Of a DNA stretch of 21,873 nucleotides, positions 8,216-16,276 are shown in pieces. Below the pieces are notes generated by a model, which worked only from the letters and a program-made list of their open reading frames with translations, made no database searches and was not told where the DNA came from. Each line of letters opens with the position of its first letter. Position 1 is the first letter of the stretch. The translations under genes and the position numbers were made by a program. Source of the DNA: Chlorokybus atmophyticus (Eukaryota > Plantae > Mesostigma and Chlorokybus algae); the NCBI GenBank assembly GCA_009103225.1, contig RHPI01002464.1, positions 1-21,873 of the forward strand, read 5' to 3'.

Positions 8216-9180
8216 GGCATCAGAGTGTTGGAACTGTTTCGAGGTATATGTAGTGGCCTCGCCGCTGTCCTCAACACCGGCGCGACGGTCACCAAGTACC
8301 TCTACTGCGACCCTGATCCACACGCACAGATTGCCCAAAGCCACCACTTGCACCGCCTAAACGAGTGCTACCCGCGGCAGCTGCCACTATTAGCAGTGCA
8401 AGGTAGTCTGAAGGCACTGCCACAGGACATTCATTTAATCACTACGGAGCACCTCCAAGCTGAGGGCAACATCGACCTGCTGATAGTATGATGGGAGTGT
8501 CACGAACACTTTAGAGCAGGCAGAGGCCAAGGACTCTCTGATCTTCGCTCGTAACTGCTGTTGGAGCTGACGCGCGTTATCAAACTCTTGCAGAGCAACC
8601 AGACTTTTAGGCCTCTGGGGTACATCATCGAGTTAGTGCACTTCGAGGACGATAAGCGTCATCACGTGGCCATCAGCTTTCGATAGGTGTGCTCCTTGTT
8701 GGGGCATCCTTATAAAATCAACACAGCGCATCATGGATCTCGTGCTCACCGTATTCGCGCCAAATGAACTAACCTGGCCACAGCGGAGGATTTTTTCGCT
8801 GTAAAGCATATGCATAGAAGTCGTCCACGCGATCTAACCGTTGACGCCATCCAGGACCCTGGGGGCACAGCACAATCGGTCACCCGACACGATCACCAGC
8901 ACTTTTACCAATGCAACAAGTCTGGGTAACCACGTCGTGCGCTCCCCACTCTGGTGTCTTACCCAGGATAATACGCATTCCGCGACTACGGCGAAGGCAT
9001 GGTGTTGGATTTCAATAAAGGCCAACTGGAGGAACCCAACACACATGAGCGCAAACGCGCCATGAGATTCTCTCTAGGCAATATCACAGGTTCCACGCTG
9101 ACCGACAATTAGCAACGTCAGCTGTTGGGACGCGCCATGGACCAGAACAGCATGGTATGGTCATTGGGAATATGCTTTGC
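8216..9180 (+). pseudogene. DNMT3-like C5 cytosine DNA methyltransferase catalytic domain (7 in-frame stops, no frameshift)
   Basis: One reading frame gives motif I IRVLELFRGICSG, motif IV region GNIDLLIV*WEC (Cys codon 8498-8500), motif VI GYIIELV, motif VIII HPYKINTAHHGSRAHRIRAK*TNL and motifs IX/X EEPNTHERKRAMRF...QRQLLGRAMD. These parallel DNMT3 [54 protein letters not shown] and EMERVFGF...RQRLLGRSW. Confidence 0.9.
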
Positions 9181-9385
9181 TCACAAGGACCGCCATGTGT
9201 CCTTTAAAAAACTCAAACACCTGGCGGGGGGTGGAGTCGATCGCGTGCAAGAGACTAAAGCGGCACACACCGCCCTCGAAATCGCCCACATGAAGGAGCA
9301 GGCAGCAGTCACTGTGGAGGACATTCCAGTGGTCGCCAAGGCTACCTCCCATGCCATTGAACCGCTGGCTACAGGTAAGACATGA

Positions 9386-10002
9386 GAACAACTCGAGGCT
9401 CTCCTCAACAAGTGGAGGAGGCAGTTCAGCTTTCAGCGGGATAGAGCTTAGCAGCTGTTCAGTTTACCAGATGGACATCGAGTTGGTGGACACTGAACCA
9501 GTGTTTCGACAACCGTACAGATTTTTAAAGTTGGAAGAAATCTTGGTGGAGCAGAGGTGCAAGACTCTATTAGATGCAGGCCTGATCAAGGAGTCCACAT
9601 CGGACTTTGCGGCCGCGACCGCCTTGCCCCTAAAGAAGGATTCAGCAGGCAACTGAACAGACCGGCGTATGTGCGGTGACTACCGCCCCCTCAACAGCAA
9701 GACAAGTATCCAATGCCTACTGCAGAATGTATCTTTGATGATGTAAGAAGGATTCAGCAGGCAACTGAACAGACCGGCGTATGTGCGGTGACTACCGCCC
9801 CCTCAACAGCAAGACAAGTATCCAATGCCTACTGCAGAATGTATCTTTGATGATGTAAGAGACTGTACCGTCTTTAATATCCTGGAAATGTGCCAAGGGT
9901 ACAACCAGATCGCCATCAAAGAGGAGGACAATCACAAGACCTCCTTCTTGGGCAACCGGCAGCTATACCAGTGGAAGGTCATGCCCTTCGAGCTGAAGAA
10001 TG
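9386..10002 (+). pseudogene. Gypsy reverse transcriptase, N-terminal part (frameshifts, stop, internal duplication)
   Basis: EQLEALLNKW; EPVFRQPYR; KKDSAGN*TDRRMCGDYRPLNS; KYPMPT; QGYNQI...KTSF; WKVMPFELKN. Confidence 0.9.
9633..9860. repeat. Perfect 112-bp tandem duplication
   Basis: 9633-9744 equals 9745-9856; AAGA recurs at 9633, 9745 and 9857. Confidence 0.93.
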
Positions 10003-10058
10003 TGTTGAGGATATTCTTGTATCCGGTCAGCTTGCCTTGTGGATAAGAGTAGCCGCGA

Positions 10059-10160
10059 GAAAATTCAGGCGCGAGAAGGTTCCAGTCGAGAAAGGTCCAG
10101 GCGACGACTTCAGTCGAGAAGGTTCCAGGCGCGGAGTCGAGTCCGGAGTCTAGAGACTTC
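10059..10160. promoter_or_regulatory. GAAnnTTC (HSE-like) repeat array in Copia 2 U3
   Basis: Perfect GAAnnTTC at 10059, 10075 and 10118; degenerate units at 10090, 10104 and 10153. Each is followed by CAGGCG or CAGTCG. Confidence 0.5.
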
Positions 10161-10333
10161 CAGGCGCTGTAGAAGAAACGTTGTAGCTTAGTGGTTACGT
10201 CATTATATGGCGCGTGTCATAGCTTGTTGGAAAGCTCTTGAAAGTAGCTACGTGGTGCAACTTAGAGCGCAGGAATCGGTTGAGTGTAGAAGTCGTGGTG
10301 GCTTCTAGAGTAGACAGGTGCAGAACTGGCGGG

Positions 10334-10340
10334 TATAAAA
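10334..10340 (+). promoter_or_regulatory. TATA box of Copia 2 5' LTR (copy at 12646-12652)
   Basis: TATAAAA within GCGGG-TATAAAAG-CCCGC; context conserved in related LTRs. Confidence 0.7.
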
Positions 10341-10471
10341 GCCCGCGGTGTGACTTTGTTGTAATCCTTAGAAAGCCTTTTGGATCAACCTTGTGTGTAT
10401 GCTCTGGTAGAGTGTGTGTACTTGTGCTTGTACCAACTCCATGCATGGTCAGTAGTGTCCGAATCTCAACA

Positions 10472-10485
10472 GGTTATGGGCCCAC
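10472..10485 (+). other. Primer binding site for tRNA-iMet 5' half (Copia 2)
   Basis: GGTTATGGGCCCAC directly after the LTR CA. Confidence 0.88.
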
Positions 10486-10583
10486 ACTACGCTGGTCTAG
10501 CATGTGTTTAGAGTCGTGAGAACGGTAGTAGGCTAGGCAAGGGTTCTAGCTGAGTCTTGTGAGGTGTGGTTGAGTCCGAGAAG

Positions 10584-11732
10584 ATGGCAACCAACTACGA
10601 CAAGGTGACCGTGGAGCCTTTGGACGCGGACAACTACAACACATGGAGCGTGCGCAAGAAGATGTTGCTGGTACATAAAAACTTGTGGGAGTGGGTGGAC
10701 CCGGAGGCTGACCCTATGTCTACAAGGCAGAGCTCGGTGTTCAAGCAGCAAAGTGGGAGAGCGCTTGCCCTGATCGGACTAAACGTGAAGGATCATCACT
10801 TGGTGTTGGTGGACGGCTGCAAGACGGCACGAGAAGCTTGGGAGAAGTTGGCATCGCACTTCAAGGCGAAGAATAGCGCGAGGAAGGTGCAGCTGAAGAG
10901 AGAGCTTGCTGGGTTGAAGAAGCAAGGAGCAGCGGAGCCTATTACCAAGTATGTGTCGCGTGCACGAGAGTTGCAGAAGGACCTTCAAGGTGTTGGCTAT
11001 GAGGTGAAGGAGTCCGAGTTGGTGTGGCAAGTGCTGTCTGGATTGCCTGAAAACTATGACACGGTGATCACGATCTTGGAGGGCTTGGAGGCAAAACCCA
11101 CGGTGGACGAGGTGGTTCAAAAATTGCTGCAGGTGGAGTCAAGGCTAGCGAAGAAGCATGAGGAATGCCCGGAGGCGACGGCTTTCTCAGCGACTTCAGG
11201 AAGAGGTACTGATCGTTTTCAGCATGGGTCTGGGCGTTTCAGTGGTGATGGTGGCGGTGGTAGTGGTGGTGGAGCGTCCAGGAGTGACAGGGTCTGCTAC
11301 TATTGCGGGAAGAAGGGTCACATTAGGGTGCATTGCTCGATGAGGAAGCAGCACGAAGAGGAGCGTGGTGGAGAGAAGCATCATGCCATGACGGGACGTG
11401 TTCGAGAGACGCCTATTGCCTTTCATGCAACAACGGATGGTGAGGCAGCTGGTTGGGTGCTGGACTCGAGTTGCACGAGGCATATGACGGGTGATCGTGA
11501 GAAGTTGGCAAAGTACAAGGTCTTGAAGAAGCCAATCAAGGTGAAGTTTGGCAAGACGGAGGTGCTCGCGGTTGGTGTAGGAGAAGCGAAGATCCTATCT
11601 CAAGTTGGAGGAAGGACGAGGCAAGTATTTTTGAGAGAGGTGATGTATGTCCCAGGGCTAGAGGTTAGCCTATTCTCTGTGCGCATCGCGGCGAGAGTTG
11701 GTGCTGTGACAGTGTTTAGTGGGGACATATGA
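10584..11732 (+). CDS. gag: Copia Gag-protease; TGA 11730-11732 is probably a nonsense change in a frame that continues to 12260
   Basis: LDADNYNTW; Gag core AREAWEKL...RKVQLKREL...; knuckle CYYCGKKGHIRVHC; protease WVLDSSCTRHM (DSG changed to DSS); VMYVPGL..SLFSV. Confidence 0.92.
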   Translation: MATNYDKVTVEPLDADNYNTWSVRKKMLLVHKNLWEWVDPEADPMSTRQSSVFKQQSGRALALIGLNVKDHHLVLVDGCKTAREAWEKLASHFKAKNSARKVQLKRELAGLKKQGAAEPITKYVSRARELQKDLQGVGYEVKESELVWQVLSGLPENYDTVITILEGLEAKPTVDEVVQKLLQVESRLAKKHEECPEATAFSATSGRGTDRFQHGSGRFSGDGGGGSGGGASRSDRVCYYCGKKGHIRVHCSMRKQHEEERGGEKHHAMTGRVRETPIAFHATTDGEAAGWVLDSSCTRHMTGDREKLAKYKVLKKPIKVKFGKTEVLAVGVGEAKILSQVGGRTRQVFLREVMYVPGLEVSLFSVRIAARVGAVTVFSGDI

Positions 11733-12260
11733 AGGGTAGTGCCGCGTGGTGTCACAGAGTTGGTTGGCATCAACGTTGGAGGGCTCTACATCATTAAGGA
11801 TGTCAAGGGTGCGGAGATGCACAAGAAAACCAAGGTGGAGGTGTCCAAGTCAGCACCGATTGTAAAGAAGATGAAGAAGAAGGCGAAGGTTGTGCCTGTT
11901 GCTGAAAAGGGAGCGCGAGCTCAAGAGAAGGTGACCAGGAGCGTGTCACAGGCGAGTGGTGGAGTGATTCCACGTGTGGAGGTTGCTGAGGGTTTCAAAA
12001 AGGTTGAAGATGCAGTTCCTGAGCCCGTGGGAGCTATAAAAGGCGTTGGCATCATCAAGGACAAGAAGGAGAAGCATGGTGGTGGTGTTGTGCAGGACGT
12101 TGCCAAAAGTGAGCACGTGGGAGCACATGCAAATGACAATGAGAGTTTTAACAAGGGTGAGCAAGTGAAGAGCTTCAAGGAGGCGCTCATGAGAGGTGCG
12201 GGAAGTGTCTTCAAGATGGTTGGAAGATCAAAGGATGGCGTGGGAGTTCGTCGCGCATGA
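11733..12260 (+). pseudogene. In-frame C-terminal extension of Copia 2 Gag-PR (GLY motif, then K/V/G-rich region)
   Basis: Same frame as 10584-11732 past one TGA. GGLYII is the usual pre-integrase motif, but no HHCC, DDE or RT motif follows. QVKSFKEAL resembles the pre-RT EPKSFKEA motif. Confidence 0.65.
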
Positions 12261-12301
12261 GTACGCAAGGAGTTGGCATTGACGGTGTTGAAGGCCAAGC
12301 T

Positions 12302-12314
12302 GCCCGCGTGGGAG
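12302..12314 (+). other. Atypical PPT-position motif of Copia 2
   Basis: GCCCGCGTGGGAG directly before the 3' LTR; identical to the motif in Copia 3. Confidence 0.75.
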
Positions 12315-12778
12315 TGTTGAGGATATTCTTGTATCCGGTCAGCTTGCCTTGTGGATAAGAATAGCCGCGAGAAAATTCAGGCGCGAGAAGGTTCCAGTCG
12401 AGAAAGGTCCAGGCGAGGACTTCAGTCGAGAAGGTTCCAGGCGCGGAGTCGAGTCCGGAGTCTAGAGACTTCCAGGCGCTGTAGAAGAAACGTTGTAGCT
12501 TAGTGGTTACGTTATTATATGGCGCGTGTCATAGCTTGTTGGAAAGCTCTTGAAAGTAGCTACGTGGTGCAACTTAGAGCGCAGGAATCGGTTGAGTGTA
12601 GAAGTCGTGGTGGCTTCTAGAGTAGACAGGTGCAGAACTGGCGGGTATAAAAGCCCGCGGTGTGACTTTGTTGTAATCCTTAGAAAGCCTTTTGGATCAA
12701 CCTTGTGTGTATGCTCTGGTAGAGTGTGTGTACTTGTACCAACTCCATGCATGGTCAGTAGTGTCCGAATCTCAATCA
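12315..12778 (+). repeat. 3' LTR of Copia 2 (464 bp)
   Basis: Differs from the 5' LTR by 3 substitutions, a 6-bp indel and an extra T near the end (hand count). Confidence 0.95.
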
Positions 12779-12782
12779 AATG

Positions 12783-13433
12783 CTCCTGCCAAGTTTCAGC
12801 GCATCATGAACAAAGCCCTTAAGGGATTGGACTTCACACGGTGCTACATCGACGACATCCTCATCTTCAGTCGCAGTAATGAGGAGCATCTCAGGCACAT
12901 CGGAGGAGGTGCTACAGAGACTGAAGGAAGTAGGGATGACGGTGCACCCCGACAAGTGCACCTTTTTCGCCCACAATGTACCCTACCCAAAGCACATGAT
13001 TGTGCCCCGCGGTGTGTATGTACAGCAGGCCAAGGTGGAGGCACTGGTAGCCATCCCTGCCCCCCCACATCTCACGCAACTGCGTGCTTTCCTCGGCCAT
13101 ACCAACTACTACAGACGGTTCGTCAAGGACTTCGCAAAGAATCGCGCAGCCACTCGATGAACTGCTGAGGAAGGACACGGAGTTCCTGCGGAAGGAGGCA
13201 CAACAAGAGGCCTTCGAGGAGTTGAAGCTTTGACTCACCACAGCTCCCATTCTTTAGCGACATGACTACAATAGGTTATTCATCCTGCACACGGATTTGG
13301 GCAAGCTCGGCATGAGAGCAGTGCTCGTGCAGCACGATGACAACAAGAAGGAGCGCGTAGCGTCGTATGCCAGCCGCAGCAACAATAGCGCTGAGACCAA
13401 CTACAGCAGCTATGAGGCGGAGTGTCTCGCCGT
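12783..13433 (+). pseudogene. Gypsy RT C-terminal part and RNase H N-terminal part (frameshifts, stops)
   Basis: APAKFQRIM; CYIDDILIFS; HPDKC; QLRAFLG..NYYRRFV; FILHTD; YASRSNNSAETNYSSYEAECLAV. Confidence 0.92.
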
Positions 13434-13901
13434 TGTGGAGAATATAGCATGATTTGCAGTATTCTCTACATGTACAGCATATGACACTTATGTGCTATTG
13501 TCCAGTCAGCTTAGCTAGCCCTATTGTAGCTTATTAAGCTGGTACTTAAGCTACTCACAGACTGCAGTTGCATGTATAGGCTGCAGGCACTTAGGACTGG
13601 TACATTGTGGTCTAGTGTTTGGTAAGACCCAGATTGAGGGCCCAGAGCCGACAGGCCGCGGATTATTGAGTTAGGTCACTTCTATGGTCACTTCGTTGGC
13701 GGTGTAGCTCTGCTCTTACCACTGTGCTGTATATGCTTGTTGTGCATGGTTGCATGCAGCAACTATAGTCAACAGGTTATGGGCCCACATCTACGTATGT
13801 AGAGCTAGCTACTGTGAGAGAGTGTTCTCCTATGTGTGTGAGGTTGTTGGAGTTGTTAGCTAAGAGTCTGAGAGATACAGCGGACAAGCAGGTGGACTGT
13901 G
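13434..13901 (+). mobile_element. Truncated Copia element 4: 5' LTR (13434-13774), PBS (13775-13788) and leader
   Basis: TGTGGA...GTCAACA followed directly by GGTTATGGGCCCAC. Starts where RNase H homology stops. The left boundary is uncertain by a few bp. Confidence 0.75.
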
Positions 13902-14296
13902 TGTTGAAAAGCAAGCATGCAAGCGAAGAGGGCAAGCAATGACACATAGGAGAAGGCAACACACTTCCCAAATTATTACTAACAGACCGCGGGGTTATGT
14001 ACCCGCCAGTTAGTACACAGTTTGTACACACTGCTGGTCTACATGCAACAGCGTCCGATACACTTAACCATATCCTACGCTGTATCATGTGCCACGTAGT
14101 TAACGTGACAAGCTTTTTAACAAGCTATGCCACGTCCTATAAGACTGAGTATCCTAGGAGATATGACGATTCTCCTAGGACCCTTCTCTGCAGTCCGCGC
14201 CAGGACCTTCATGTCCGGAGTCTTCAAGGTCCTCCCATCGAGGTCCCTTCTCTTGTATACAGGGCAGGCTGACCGGATGTAAGTATATCTTCAACA
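13902..14296 (-). repeat. 3' LTR of Copia 3 (395 bp)
   Basis: Perfect 7-bp terminal inverted repeat; blocks shared with the Copia 1 and Copia 2 LTRs. Confidence 0.88.
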
Positions 14297-15020
14297 CTCC
14301 CACGCGGGCAGCTTGGCCTTTAATACTTGGTCCTGCTCACGCACATATGCCGAGTCCCGTGCAACATGCCTTGAACTTTAGCGGTGACAGTGGCTTTGTC
14401 ATGAAGTCCGCGAGCATGTCTTCTGTATTGCAATACTAAAACTCAACCTCCTTGCGTGTGACTCTGTTTAGCACAAAGCGATGGATGACATCAATGTGCT
14501 TTGTCCTTGTCGAGGCAATGGGGTGCTTCAGCAACTTGATGGCGCCTTGGTTGTCGCATTTGATCGTGATACACGCCATTGGGTGCTCCAGATCTGCCAT
14601 CAGCTTGCGAAGCCATAATGCCTGCTTCACTGCAGCGGATGCTGCCATGTACTCCGCTTCCAAAGTAGATGCTGCTGTTGTTGGTTGCAGCCTGCTGTTC
14701 CAGCTCACCACGCCTCCATTTAGTTTGAAGACGTAAGCAATAGTGGACCTCCTGCTGTCAAGGTCATCTGCAAAGTCTGCGTCGCAGTAGCCCTCCATCT
14801 TTATGCTTCCGCAACCAAACTTGATGCCAACACTTGTGCTTTGAGCCGCGTAGCGCAATACTCCCTTCGCGGCACGCCAATGCTCCATGCTTGGTGCAGA
14901 CATGTAGCGCGCAAGCACTCCAACTGCATGTGCGATGTCGGGTCTTGTGCACGCTGCCAAGTAGAGCATGCTCCTAACAAGCTCACCATATGGGCCATAA
15001 AGTGGCCAGCTTCCTTCCAA
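13902..15020 (-). mobile_element. 5'-truncated Copia element 3 (RT C-terminus, RNase H, PPT motif, 3' LTR)
   Basis: On the - strand: RT/RH remnant, then GCCCGCGTGGGAG (14297-14309), then an LTR with TGTTGAA...TTCAACA ends. Confidence 0.92.
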
Positions 15021-15023
15021 CAT
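14337..15023 (-). pseudogene. Copia RT C-terminus and RNase H
   Basis: PYGELVRSMLYL...TRPDI; YCDADFADDLDSRRST; STLEAEY; CDNQGAI; TKHID; then TAG (14436-14438) and YCNTEDMLADFMTKPL...GLGICA*. Confidence 0.93.
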
Positions 15024-15606
15024 GAGTGCACGAGAGAAAGATCGTGTTAGTCAACGCACCCGCCACTATTGGTGGGCGGATGACAAGGTGTATCGCCGCG
15101 TCCAGGACGAGGACAAGGAGGTGCCAACACCAGCCACACGCGAGGGCATCATCGCTGCCCTCCACACTGAGCTTGAACACGTTGATGTCAAGCGTACCGT
15201 CAGCCTGGTAAGGCCGCAATATTGGTGGTATGGGCTGTCCAAACAGGTGCAGGGGATCGTCAATCGCTGCCAACAGTATGACATGGTACATGTCAGCCTC
15301 AACACACGCGGCGCCACCTTGCACCCTCTCCCCATCTCTGGTCTGTTCTATCGCTGGGGGCTCGACATCTTGGGAGACTTGGCACCCTCCGCACGGGGCA
15401 ACCGCTACATCCCGGTCACGATCGAGCACTTCTTCAAATGGGTGGAGCTGGTGCCACTACCCGACAAGAGCAGCAGGGGGGTGTCTCAAGCCTTCCTCTC
15501 CCATGTCCTCAGCTGGTTCGGCAGCTGCGCTGAGGTCATCACCGACCAGGGCACTGAGTTCAGAGGGGAGTTCGCCACCATGCTGGACAGATGCTCCATC
15601 GATCAT
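15004..15606 (+). pseudogene. Gypsy integrase fragment, cut by copy B
   Basis: LHTELEH...YWW...C (decayed HHCC); LHPLP; RWGLDILG; ITDQGTEF; ends at SIDH, where the LTR of copy B begins. Confidence 0.9.
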
Positions 15607-16276
15607 TGTGACGGTGCTCGTGCCTTGTCACCTGTGAGTTGGTCCAATCCACAACCCTCTCACCAAGACACGGTATTCACACCGGAACCTTGCCCCCTCT
15701 GCCATGCACACACACGCGCCCCGCCACTCGCGTACGCACGCGCATGCGCTCGAAGCTACACCGACTTGTGTAGCGCCCTGGATCGTCACACAAGCAAGCA
15801 CACACCGGTGGCCACACGCTAGCAACCCCTGCTAACCACCACCAAGCTTGCACACCAGAAACTAGGGAGCTAAAGGTTGTATTGCAAATTGTAGAATGTC
15901 ACTTTTATACCTACCAGTCTGCACATGCTACTGTCTAGACGATTCTAGCACTAGACGGAACTAGAAGCTAAGATATTCTTGCAGAATCTTGTAGTACACT
16001 TCTAGACCTTTCCAACGCACCAAAGATCTCCTAATGTGCTGCTCATATGGTCAAGTTATACTACTTGGCGCCAGGCCCTTCCAGAAATCTGGTCGAGCCC
16101 TTCTCGACTGGCCCTCCGTTTTCTGGCACCTTCCGGACTGGTCTTGGGGCCCCGGTCGATATCCGCGGCAGACTCATAACTCGCCGATATCCGCCACAAG
16201 TCATAAACAACATGTACTTTACAAATAAGGCCTAAAACGGCCATGAAAATCACAGAATTTGGCCTTGACTGTTACA
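15607..16276 (-). repeat. 3' LTR of copy B (670 bp)
   Basis: TGTAAC...GTCACA on the - strand; PPT at 16277-16289; left flank ATCAT (15602-15606) is a candidate TSD half. Confidence 0.97.

Larger units (their letters stand above)
10003..10471 (+). repeat. 5' LTR of Copia 2 (469 bp)
   Basis: TGTTGAG...CTCAACA, a perfect 7-bp terminal inverted repeat. Confidence 0.96.
10003..12778 (+). mobile_element. Non-autonomous Ty1/Copia element 2 (2.78 kb; Gag and protease, no integrase, RT or RNase H)
   Basis: Two ~99% identical LTRs, a PBS and a PPT-position motif. AATG direct repeat at 9999-10002 and 12779-12782. Inserted in the Gypsy RT. Confidence 0.95.
7999..15606 (+). mobile_element. Decayed Ty3/Gypsy element carrying a DNMT3-like methyltransferase; interrupted by Copia insertions and ended by copy B
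   Basis: Same-strand, collinear DNMT, RT, RNase H and integrase pieces. RT rejoins exactly across the Copia 2 insertion (MPFELKN|APAKFQR). Linking the integrase piece to the same element is inferred across a deletion. Confidence 0.8.

Noticed and set aside
8216-9180. DIRS-type adenine methyltransferase or a host DNMT gene
   Set aside because: The motifs are C5-type with a catalytic Cys and no DPPY/NPPY, no tyrosine recombinase is seen, a DDE integrase follows, and the domain is intronless and continuous with the pre-RT region.
8000-9440. Non-standard genetic code (TAA/TAG = Gln, as in some ulvophytes) explaining the stops in the DNMT frame
   Set aside because: TGA also occurs at conserved Gly/Trp/Arg positions, some TAA fall at non-Gln positions, and intact gag, pol and the spliced gene end in TAG or TAA.
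11739-12260. env-like third ORF in Copia 2
   Set aside because: It is in frame with gag-PR and has no signal peptide or transmembrane segment.
15607-15822. C-terminal 70 aa of the 266-aa ORF 15022-15822 as a novel integrase extension
   Set aside because: After IDH the ORF simply reads into the antisense strand of copy B's LTR.
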